A DNA stretch of 49,961 nt, filler included, from Porpidia crustulata (Eukaryota): NCBI GenBank assembly GCA_964255105.1. It is 2 parts of 2 records of this genome, joined end to end, with 100 filler letters (N's around TTAATTAATTAA, not from the genome) between each part and the next. Parts side by side here need not be neighbours in the genome. Positions count along the whole stretch, not along the records: positions 25,069 to 49,961 come from CAXUWE010000054.1; 1 more part is not named here. The stretch is one strand, 5' to 3'. The position numbers and the translations under genes were made by a program. Shown here in pieces: positions 39,594 through 49,961 of this stretch; the first letter of the stretch is position 1; every line of letters begins with the position of its first letter. The notes below the pieces were generated by a model that was not told the DNA's origin, ran no database searches, and saw nothing but the letters and a program-made list of their open reading frames with translations.

Positions 39594-40469
39594 TCAAGTA
39601 GGAAGGAGATGGCATCCTAGCAAACCTCGGCCTCCCCAATTACGCCGCGGAATCAGCTGTAATTGCAGCTCTTGAGAACCTTGGCCTACTGGATCACTTC
39701 GTATTACCTTCACGATTACGCTCCGCTATTGAGAAAGCACATTTTAGTAGGATTTCATAGCGGACCATTGAAGAAGATGCTCTTACCCCCTCACTCATCT
39801 GAACTGTCTCTGCTATTTTGCTCAACTTCTCGTGATTAATCCAATTTACATTTCCAAATTTTCTAATTCTGTCGCCTACTCTTAGGCCTGAATCGTCTGC
39901 TGGACTTCTGGCTACAACGCCGTTGACCCTTGCAAATGGGATTTCGACGAGCTCTGAATCTGTAGAACTGGATGTGTCTTGACTTCGAGAGGGACTTTGG
40001 GCCGGAACATCATCTTCACTTTTGATAGAGGCGTGGTGCGCGTGTAAACCGAGTTCGATCTCCGACATGAGTGCCTTGTAATCATTCCGAAGATGTATGA
40101 TACGGGCTCTTGTGGTTCGAACTAGATGTTGTCGGCAAGCCTGACGCCAAGCTGGTCGCAAGGGGACTACGCACTCTGGGCGATGTCGATGTCATTCCTT
40201 GGGTAGCCATCGAATGTAGTCAGGCTCGTATTCATGTTGACTCCGTGCTACGAACAACACTTAGTTCAGACTGAATGAACGTGTCAACAAATACTGACAC
40301 TGTCAAGGACACTACCGAGGGCGCTCAGCTCCCCTTCAACCCGCTGCTTTTTTGCAATAAGGTCCATCAACGACAGCTTGTCATGCTCTAAGCCATTAAT
40401 TGCACCCCGATTGGACACTGGGCCGGAAGCCACTGAAGGGGTATGTATATCATCCATGGGAAGCCCCAT
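39594..40469 (-). CDS. nas2: Proteasome regulatory particle assembly chaperone Nas2/p27 (PSMD9), multi-exon
   Basis: LTTFDGYPRNDIDIAQ, RTTRARIIHLRNDYK, PDZ-like PFARVNGV..SPA, and C-terminal PRRNWGGRGLLGCHL. Confidence 0.92.
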
Positions 40470-41070
40470 TGCTGTCTGTCCAATATGAGTTGTGAATATT
40501 ATGCCTCAATTAAGAAGGATTGCAGTACACTGTAGTAGCTTAGCACACTTAAGCCTTAGGGCTGATTGGCATGACTAAGCCGGGAAGCGTCTTTTTGAGT
40601 TGGCAAGCGTGGCAAGACAACCGTGCACTCTTGTAAGGCGAATACTCTTCCTTAGAAACCTCCATGGGTTCAACGGCTTGCCAAATGAATGTACTTCATA
40701 TAGATATATATTTGCTACTATCATAATCCTCCGTGTCTTCTAGACAGTCATCTACAACTAATGTACTGGTCAAATGAACTTCCTTCTTCGGGGGACAGAT
40801 GCTTTGCTCTTTCCTTTCAATTCTGACTATTCTTAGACCGCATGGATCAGAGAGCTTTTACGCGATCTGCTTTCTCGTTATTCTCCTACTTCGAATTCCT
40901 ATCTTAGTATTTTGATATGCCTGCTTCATCTTCTTGGCTACTACTGAATTGGACCTTGCATGCATGCGAATCTCGAGTGATTACTTGTTACTGATAACCA
41001 ACCGTACGGTGTCTAATGGACTGGACTAGCTTGATAGCCGTAGCTGTCCCATCTGACACACACTCCGACT

Positions 41071-44000
41071 ATGGTCGGACCTCCGATTTATGAGTCCTTC
41101 GGCCACTCTATGCTGTCTTCACTCTGTGAGCCCAAGCTATGGCCAGGCAACCCTAGTTATCCCTTCGACTCGAATGGTTCCTCTGATACCGTCAATCGCG
41201 CTTACCACCGCAAGCCTTCGTCGAACTTCAAAGGCTCATTGGGGTCTGGATCTTCGAGACAGCTGCGAGTAGCGAATGAAAATGCGTTACCGAGTCGAAC
41301 AGCCTCACTATCTACTCTCGACTTCCTCGAAGGCATTAGCAATTCACGACTGCCGAATAACGCATCAGAAAACCCTATCTGTGGCACGTACGACTGCCTC
41401 CCAGGTCTAGTTGGGAAAACCTCGGCTTCGATATCTGATGTTGGGCCATTGGAGGACATCGACCTCAATTCTCGATACGGAGAAGTGAGCCAACGTAGCA
41501 GCAATGGTAGCGAGTCGGGGTACTCTCCGAACCACGGTCTATCATTCGAGCTCCAAGCCAAGGAGACGCTGAGCACAAAGATTCACGGAGCTGCTTCATG
41601 TAGGCCATCGATCGTTGTTACTGACGCTGCAGCGCATCCAATCAGGAGGTTTCTTAGTACCCTTCGCCACGGGCACTTGAAATCCAAACGAGCCCTTAGC
41701 GTCCGCAAAGAGCGTTGGTCTCTTGATGATTTTGATGAGGACCAACCCGTCACATCTCCCCAACAGCGACAGGTCAGGCCTAGTGGCCACAAGAAGACGT
41801 CTTCATGGGCATCATCCGGCTTTGTGACGGCTGTAAAGTCAGCCACAACGAGTATCGGGACTCTAAGTGCACCGCAATCTCAGCTAAGTCGACGTCTTGC
41901 CCCACTGAGAAATAGTAAGAGGAGCAGCAAGCTTTCTCAGGTTACAAATCGAGAATCCGTCAATGGGAACAACGACACTAATCCGATGGTCGATGAAGCA
42001 GCTTGGGACAGGGCATTACAACGTCGAAGGACGTTGGAAGAACTTGTCAGCTCTGAAGAAAGCTACATTGCTGACCTCAAAGTTCTGAAGAACGTTAGTA
42101 TAATCTTCAGGGTTCAGCCGTCAAATAACCTAATCAAATGTTTAGGTCTATTTTACCCTGCTGGCTTCCGCACCCAATGTTTCTGTGCGCACATCAGATC
42201 AGATATTTCGCAACGTCGAGGACATTCTAAGCCTACACGAAGAATTGCTTCTACATATCAAAATCGTGATTCCAGATCCAGAGCTGAGATCTGACTCTAT
42301 AAGAATGCCTTCTGTGCGCCAACAAAGATATCCTTCTCTTTTTAGCGTGGACCATCCAATCTCACACGACGTAGAACCCATGGGCATCGTTCGACGCTCT
42401 GCTGAATTTCCATGGTTGAGACAGCCCAAGAGGGGCATATTGAGCGAACCTCGCGAGGTTGCCGAAGTCGCGAGAACTTTTGGACGCTTTGTACGAGAAA
42501 TGCGAGGCATAGTATCGATGGTAAATGCTAACAGCAGTAGATGATGCGATTCTTTGTGTATGAAGAGTACGGTGCGAAATATGAACTAATGCTACGAGAC
42601 CTGACCTCGACTTCGAAAACGATACCGAATTGGCATGCTTATGAGCGTGGCATCGAAGCCTTGGCAAATTCTCTTGCGTCAACAAGTAGCAAGGGAGAAA
42701 TCAGTAAAAAGGGACTCACGTTTGAAGACCTACTCATCAAGGTAATTGAAATGCCTGCGTTGCCTCCACCGCGATCAAGGCTGACCAACATCCTAAATAG
42801 CCTATACAACGTATCTGCAAGTATCCACTTCTTTTTGATGACCTTTACAAATACACTCCTGTTATTGATGGCCCAGAGTCGCGTGCAGAGATCGGGAAGG
42901 TGCTGTGCCGAATGCGCGAAACGACACAAGAGATCAATAGAGCAACGAACGATCCGCAAACACAAGCCAGGATCCAACGTTCATGGCGCCTTCAAGATCT
43001 ACTAGTACTTCCCGATGCCGTAAGTAGTCTTTTAATACTGAGCTTCCCAGGGCTGATGAATAAACTTGAAGCCTGCAGCTCCGCCTACTCTTCGGCTCAT
43101 CGGCCACGCCAATTTGTGTGGTGTGCTCTATATTGCTTACCAGACAGTATACGGCCTTCGTGGCGATTATATGCTCTGCATCTTGTTCAAGTCCTATCTG
43201 GTACTTGCTTTGCCAAAGCCTGGCGCACGGTATGATATTGTTGCCATCATTGGCCTAGGGGATGTCCGAGTAGATAAGCCAGATAACGGAAGAGGTAAGT
43301 TGCCATGGCCGCCAAGCAATCAGGGCTCAAGAACTGATGCCACCTAGGCTTACAGTGTCACAATGCTTTGCATACATGGAAATTGATTTTTGAGTCGGAT
43401 CAAAGACTCTATGAATTGATTTTGTGTGCTTGTTCGTTGCGGGAGGAGGAACAGTGGAAGAATAATCTTCTTGAACATTCGGCAAAAGAAGCCCAAAGAC
43501 AAATCGAGGATCAATCCCTGTCTTTCCAATTATATTCCGTGCTTTGCTTGAGCCTTAAGTCCCTAGGGAACGTGTTCGGTCTCCCTGGGACTCTGACTCG
43601 GCGTATATCTATTCAAAGAGCGGCAACGATCAGCCCCAGAACAAATGTATCCCAGGTTATCATTAAGAATACCACCGCTCTCAGAGACTTCAACGACTCC
43701 AGCAACACGACGCCAGCTTCAATAGGGCGCTCGCAGTCTCTCTTGTCTACAAACCGCGTACCCATACTTGCCCCGAAGAGAGTGGATAGGCTACGCATGG
43801 AGTGTACTTTAGCTGATGTCTGGACTAGAGATATTCTGCCATTCCCTGGGATGAGTGCCAATAGGGGTGAGCACCTGATTCGAAATTCCGCGAATTCAGT
43901 GATGCGAAAGCTCAGTAGAGCAAGCCTAGCAAGTAACTTCACGAAAAGATCAGCCAGCTTGGCGACCGTTGCAGACGATAAGTCGTGTCATACTGAGGTC

Positions 44001-44333
44001 TCGATTACCAACGAAGAAATAATCGATCTTGGTCGGGGTCTCCGCACACGCAAATCCATGGCTTCCTTTGTATCTCTTCTACTTGAGGGTGATGAACCAG
44101 TGGCTTCATGTAATGTTGAGCCGATAACGAAGACTGCATTTCAGGAAGGTCCACAACCAAAAAGGGATGATTTTTCATACAGAAACCGACAAGACCTTGC
44201 ATCTTCAGCGAAAGGCGGAGCTACGGCCAGACCTCACAACAAATCTGCTGAGGCACTGAAGAGTAGGCGCAGGAGACCTGAAGTTCTACTGAAGACATTT
44301 TCGGGTGAAGGAATCAGGAGTTGGTTCAATTGA
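41071..44333 (+). CDS. Rho guanine-nucleotide exchange factor (DH-PH), multi-exon
   Basis: DH motifs LEELVSSEESYIADLK, FFVYEEYGAKY and LTFEDLLIK|PIQRICKYPL; PH-like LCGVLYIAY...WKLIFE...EEEQW. Several GT-AG introns; the start is approximate. Confidence 0.88.
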
Positions 44334-44671
44334 GAAGGAGTCTTGTTTGACCACCTTAGCTACTTTACCACGGCTGTTCTTTTCGACTTCACATATGAGT
44401 ATTGACCGATGCCAGTGTGTTATTATTATGGTGTCAGGTATTTGCTGAAGTAAGGTACTTGCGAAGGTACGGAATTCAATAGATTTAGCCGAGTGTGACG
44501 AGCCAATAAAATGTGACGTCATTCAGTGAAGCTGTTCCAAATGAACTTTGGTCACAAGAGCAACCTACTAAGCGTCCTATAAACCCAATCAGTAATAGAA
44601 GCATATTCCTCCCACAACCGACATACCAAACGCAACAATCCTGACTACAAGTCATACACTAGAAGCTCAAA

Positions 44672-45163
44672 ATGCCTCGCGGAAACGCACAACAATCGAA
44701 GGTCCATTACCATGGTAAAGAAGAGGATTTCGTGATCTACGTTGACGATGTCAAATCAGTACAAAATTGGAAAAATGACAGATCAATTCCGCTAGCACAG
44801 GTCGTGAGCGGCTTCAAAATCTTCATCACTCACAAGTAGGATCATAGCTCAAACCTGCATCAGCATACGCAAAAGCACATTCAACCGAGGGCTATGGCTG
44901 ATAGCTCGTGATTTTCTATAGGCACGGAGCGCAGAATGCATTCGACGGAGCAAGTAAGCAGGCTTTGGACAATGAGTTTGGAACCTCGAACGAGGATGAG
45001 TGTATGATCAAGATCTTGGAGCACGGGACGCTGCAGGAGACCGAGGTAAGGATAGTAATTTCATCTTTGATGGAGATTTACGATGGACCTAATAAATACG
45101 TCCTAGACGAATGAGCGTCAAGGATCAACAAATGATTCCATGGGGACGCGTCAGGCTCATTGA
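44672..45163 (+). CDS. rtc3: SBDS N-terminal-domain protein (RTC3-like); exons 44672-44835, 44922-45045, 45107-45163
   Basis: MPRGN..KVHYHGKEEDFVIYVDD..WKNDRSIPLAQVVSGFKIF..|HGAQ..ASKQALDNEFGT; canonical introns. Confidence 0.8.
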
Positions 45164-45677
45164 GAAGCTATCTATTTCGTGGCATAGCCATTGAAGAGGA
45201 GCTTGTCTCGCTTGCACCGCAAAGCTGGCTTATGAAGTTATCGATGATTCTGGTACTTAGGAGTCAATAGCATTCGGTATTGAAGCTGCTACGTATGGCA
45301 CGTACGATTAGTGATAGAGAGACATCTAAAAGCCAGTCACTCTCTAAGTCCCACGATGGTATACTCCATGTCTGGGAAATCATTTTGACGTAACCCTCTT
45401 TGCTTTGCGAGACATGTCTTCGAATGTTTTCGTGATTGTATTCTATAGATACCGCTACCCTCGATACATATTATCGAAGCTAGTTACAGATCAATCAACT
45501 ACACGCATTTTCAGACTTGCGAGGTTCGTGAGCTCTAAGTTTGGTACCGCTCGGCTCACCTTCCGCATAGAGTATAGCACTAGATGGACATGACAGCTAA
45601 GGTAGGTAGATGGTCTAACGGTTGGCATCTACAATCAATGTTAATACCACTTCCCCGAGTATCAAAAAAAGCTCTTG

Positions 45678-46536
45678 ATGACCTCTGCTAATGAACCTGG
45701 GGGCTTTCTCCAAACACCCCTGCTGTCTCCGCCCAGTTCGCTAGATGTACCTTTCTCAAGTCACTCCGCTGTATTACCTCGCATGCGTCATAGGCCGCTG
45801 AAGCCGGGAAGCTCCAAAGAAAGCACATTCATCGACTATGTGGATCAAAGACTCCTAGCAATCTCTCGACGCTACGAGAAGAGGTTCAATACAGGCGTAG
45901 AAGATGGCGGCGTTTCAGATCCCGACAGAGGATACGAAACGTTCGCGGAGATGGCTAATGACCTGGAAAATGTGCATGATGTGGTATGGGTTTCTGGCAC
46001 GCGTACGGTCACCTATATCCATGCGGTAACTATTTGTTGACATAAAGGCTGCAGCAACGTTACAAATACCCTATCTTCTTACAATTGCGCTCTTAACTCT
46101 CAATTCCTTGCCATCTTTCTCATTCGTCCCAAAGCCAACATTTCATCTATTACATAAGCTTGACTTAGCATTCTCTTCGTTATTGCAAGGTTTTAATGCT
46201 GAAACCAGATGTTTGCTACCTGGAATGGAGGGTAGTAGGGGTAGATTGAGCACTACTGAGAAAGTTAGGATGAAAGGACTGGTGGAAAGGACGAGAGTCA
46301 TAGTGGTTGAAGTAGGCGGAAAGGGAACCAGTATCACCGACGCTGAGAGCCCGACTCAACTACCAGACGATACTGAGGATGAAAGTATGAAAGATGATAA
46401 TGACACCATGGATGGCGAATTGGAGATTGGCGGTAATCATGGTAGATGGGAAATGGAGATCGCCAGAGTGTACGAAAAGACTATTATCGAACTTGGAGTA
46501 TCTCTTGATGCATCAGGAGCTGGCGGTCTTTTCTGA
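45678..46536 (+). CDS. TFIIH-associated Tfb6-like protein; exons 45678-46002 and 46055-46536
   Basis: PLKPGSSKE..YVD..ISRRYEKRF, WVSGTP|TLQIPYL, TEKVRMKGLVERTR and WEMEIARVYE, recognised from memory as the TFB6 family. Confidence 0.65.
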
Positions 46537-47054
46537 ATGGTCCCTATATTGTTTCCCAGTCTTTTGGCTGGAGGTAAACTCTCGATCCCACGTAGAAAAT
46601 TCTTGGGTACATGTGGAGGATTGGTTAATTCAATGAGAAAAGGTTGGAAATGAGCACCAAAAACCACGAACTAGCTAACAGAAGCATACAGTATGAAAGG
46701 GCCACGAAAGTATCGGCTCTGCCCAGGTTGACATCATCTCATAAAGCACAATGTTGCAATTATTCCGGTAGTAATCATTCCTTTTAAGTGACCTTGATCT
46801 CCTTAAGCCTCCATCTCATCAGCATGCAAATTTAGACTCAACTTGAGGATGTGCTTCAATATTTAAACGTCAACTGTTTCTCCGCTATGCCCCCCGGACC
46901 GAAATATGGATGCCCCTCGTTTCTCACGATGTTAGACCTTCATCCTACAACGAACCCTCAGTGGCCATTTTCACGTGACTCTGAGTTGTCCGCCTCAATG
47001 TGTCAAGGCACTGTTAAAGCACAAGAGCAATATTTATAGATCATCGACGCAGCG

Positions 47055-49795
47055 ATGCCTACGCTGTACTCCAGATTAACCACCGCGCAGTTATCCATCA
47101 CAGATTTTACAGAAGCCACAACAGCACATCCTCTGCAACATCAATGCAAAGACGCCAGAGCCAACATCCAACATGCCTCGAAGGCATTGGTTTACGGTTC
47201 TAGGGACCGCACTCTTACAGAAGATCCAATATACACCCAAAATTCACAAAGTCACATTCATTTCCTCGGAGAATACGAGGACATTCCTTTCTTCATGGTC
47301 CATGCAGGGAAAGACTATTTTGATCCTCATACTAGTAAAGGAGGGCGCACCAGAAGGCCGGCAAGGTCACCTTTAACAAGTGCCAATGCCAATTCTGCAC
47401 CCAATCAACTCCCGACCCGAACCAGAACGACCAGCAGCAACTTCGAAGTTAGCTTAGGTGTTCAATCTGAGAAAGAAGGTTATTAAACATCGTGTTTTGT
47501 CCGTTATGCACCCACATTTGACATGGATGCAGATATTTCAGGTGCAAATTTTCTAGCCGAACCGGCACAACCAGAGACTTCTTGAGCTCTAAGACCTCAA
47601 GCTTTATGTCTTACAGTCTTCCTCTCCAATGCTTCATTCCTTCCCACATGCAATCCAAAAATTTCGAAGACCGCTTTAAACGATATCAAAATAACGTGTA
47701 CCTCAATGGAGAGCTATGTGGTTCTTCCTATGTTTCTGAGCGCTACCGCGGCGAAGCATACACTATGTCGGAGCTTATAGTACGATTCTCTGGGCGAAGA
47801 GTCGGACGAATGCTGGAAAAACCATGGGCAATGATTCCACCCAGGCAGAATTCGGATGGGACCCGTAAGAATCATAGACGAGACAAAGAAAATTATGCAG
47901 GCGCGACTGAGAGATGGAATGCTTTATGCAAGGCAATCAATAAGCAAGCGACAGACTCAGGTCGATGCGATGACGGACAGATGTCAGTCGGCGGGGAGTA
48001 CCTAGCCAGCCTTGCTAAGCTTCCCATGCCCAATGGAATGGAAGCATTGGAAAAGAGAAACGGTCTTAGGTTTGGCATTATTGATGTGGTCGTAATTTCC
48101 GGAAGAGGCCAGAAAGACAATCCTAGCCATCCTTGTCTTCTCGAGCCTACCACCATCCGGTTGAAGGCCGATGAAATGGAGGTCAAGAGTTCATTGGAAC
48201 CTAACCCAAAAACATCAGTGTCGAAACCGAGGCAAAGCAATGATGCAAATGCTCAGATTATCGCCCAGGCCTTCCCTGTCGACAGCTATGAGCTGTCAAC
48301 TAAGAATAGCCGGGTATCTATACCTCAAGTATCATTTGCCGGTGATGTGGTATCTGAAGCAGAATCAAAAACTGCTCAATTCAGTGGTACTGAGCCATTC
48401 GCAGTGACCCGGTATACCCAAGGCCAGAGGGAGTTGGGAAAATCTGATGTGATAAGAGAATCTTCACCCACATCGCTTGAGGATACTCGGAGAAATCGAA
48501 GCGCCAGTGCACCTATCAGTCAATCACAGACTTCGATTGAACCTCATCATGACACCGAGTACCTCAATAAAATCATACTGAGTCAAGAGCACCAAGATAC
48601 GAACGTGGTCGCCGGTCCTCAAAGACGATCAGCATTGGCCAATGAATTGGCAGCCTTAGTGCAAGAAAATGGAAGAGCGTTCCTCGACGCAGATGGAGTC
48701 GTGCTGCCAGCACGTCTGCGCAAACCCGCTTCAAAGCCTCAAAGTTCTACTGAGTCGCTGGACAGAAGCGCAATTCAGAGGCGAACCTCCTTCTCAGCCC
48801 AACCTCGCTATTATGCCACATCCCCAGCATCAGAATTTTCTAGCCAACCGCGTTCTAGTCAGATGATGCGCACTCACTCTCAAAATGATATGGGTTTACT
48901 CTCCGGACGTCGCAGCAGCAATTCACCCGAGAGCCACCTGGGAAATGCCCCACGGAAGCGGTACAAAGGACCAAGTTCCTCACCACCGCCCAAAGGGCCT
49001 CAGCCGAAACGAGCACGATTTTCATATCAGATGGTTTTGGACGATAAGAGAACTCTGGCGGAAGAAATTGCTGCAATCGCGGAGCAAGCGCTGAAAGAGC
49101 TTGAGATGGCTGCTGCTGCTGGGTCAAACAAACCAGCGCGGGCGACCCGATCAACGTTTACGAGCAGCGCTACAAGTTCAATCGTTGCAAGCCCGATTGC
49201 CGCGGGCCAAACTGCTGCCACCCTAAGCGGTGACCCTAAAGCCACGATGACCCCGGTCATTAATTCCGATGACCTCCGACAGGACTTCTCTCCCAGCAAA
49301 ATCAAGCTCAAGCTCAAGCTCAAGACCCCAGCTTCACCTGACGCCACAAAAGCCTCGCCTGTTTCTTCATCCCCAGCTTGCAAAATGCCTCTTCCAATCC
49401 ACCTCATCCGCCCCAAACGTGACCCTACGCGCTCTGCGCCCCAAGCGTCTACCTCCGCGCCTACGACCACCCACGAAACCCTACAAGACCCGAATTCCGC
49501 TCCCAACCACATACCATGCAACACGCCATCCGATCAAGATATCTCCGCCCTAAAAACCCGAGCCATCCCCGTAGACGCTCCCGCGCCCTACCCATCCGGC
49601 CACCTCCGCAATCCCCGCACCTCAATCGCCCCAAGTATCGAGACCCTCGACGCGAACTACGAGATTCCGGAGCTGAGCAAGGACTGCGCGATCGGGTACG
49701 CGGCGCCCGGCGTGCTGAGGCAGGTGAGGGGGGAGCGGGGAGGATGGTTTGTGGAGGAAAGCGTGGTGATGGGGGTGAGGTTCGTTGTTGGGTGA
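47055..49795 (+). CDS. Large fungal hypothetical protein, possibly disrupted near 47484-47695
   Basis: ORFs 47055-47486 and 47582-49795. The C-terminus LSKDCAIGYA..RQVRGERGGWFVEESVVMGVRFVVG looks conserved; the middle is low-complexity S/P-rich. Confidence 0.6.
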
Positions 49796-49961
49796 AGGGG
49801 GTCGTAAATGGGCGAGAAGGGAGGTGTAGATACGGTCCACTGTGGTATGGGAAGAGTGGGAGCGAAGATGGCCAAGATTATTAGGAGCGAGCCAGTGGTA
49901 GGCGTGGGCAATGGAATGTCTTCAGTGGTTTGTATTCGATTGCTGGAAAGGGAGGTAGTAC

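Overview
Intron-containing genomic DNA from a filamentous ascomycete (Pezizomycotina; I cannot place it more precisely). A 100-nt spacer at 24969-25068 (N44-TTAATTAATTAA-N44) looks like an artificial contig linker, so the two halves may not be adjacent in the genome. The left half (1-24968) has a catalase gene followed by an accessory, decaying region. That region holds an ABM-like barrel gene, a PTH11-like membrane gene, pseudogenes (P450, FAD monooxygenase, NACHT/NLR) and a piggyBac-like MITE. It also holds two intact three-exon genes arranged head-to-head, one carrying a PD-(D/E)XK-like nuclease motif; this pair is the best candidate for an undescribed system. The right half (25069-49961) is a dense block of core genes: ULS1/RIS1-like SNF2-RING ATPase, group III histidine kinase NIK1/OS-1, Ran, NAS2, a RhoGEF, an RTC3/SBDS-like gene, a TFB6-like gene and a large, apparently disrupted hypothetical gene. 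All exon boundaries were read by eye and no database searches were run.
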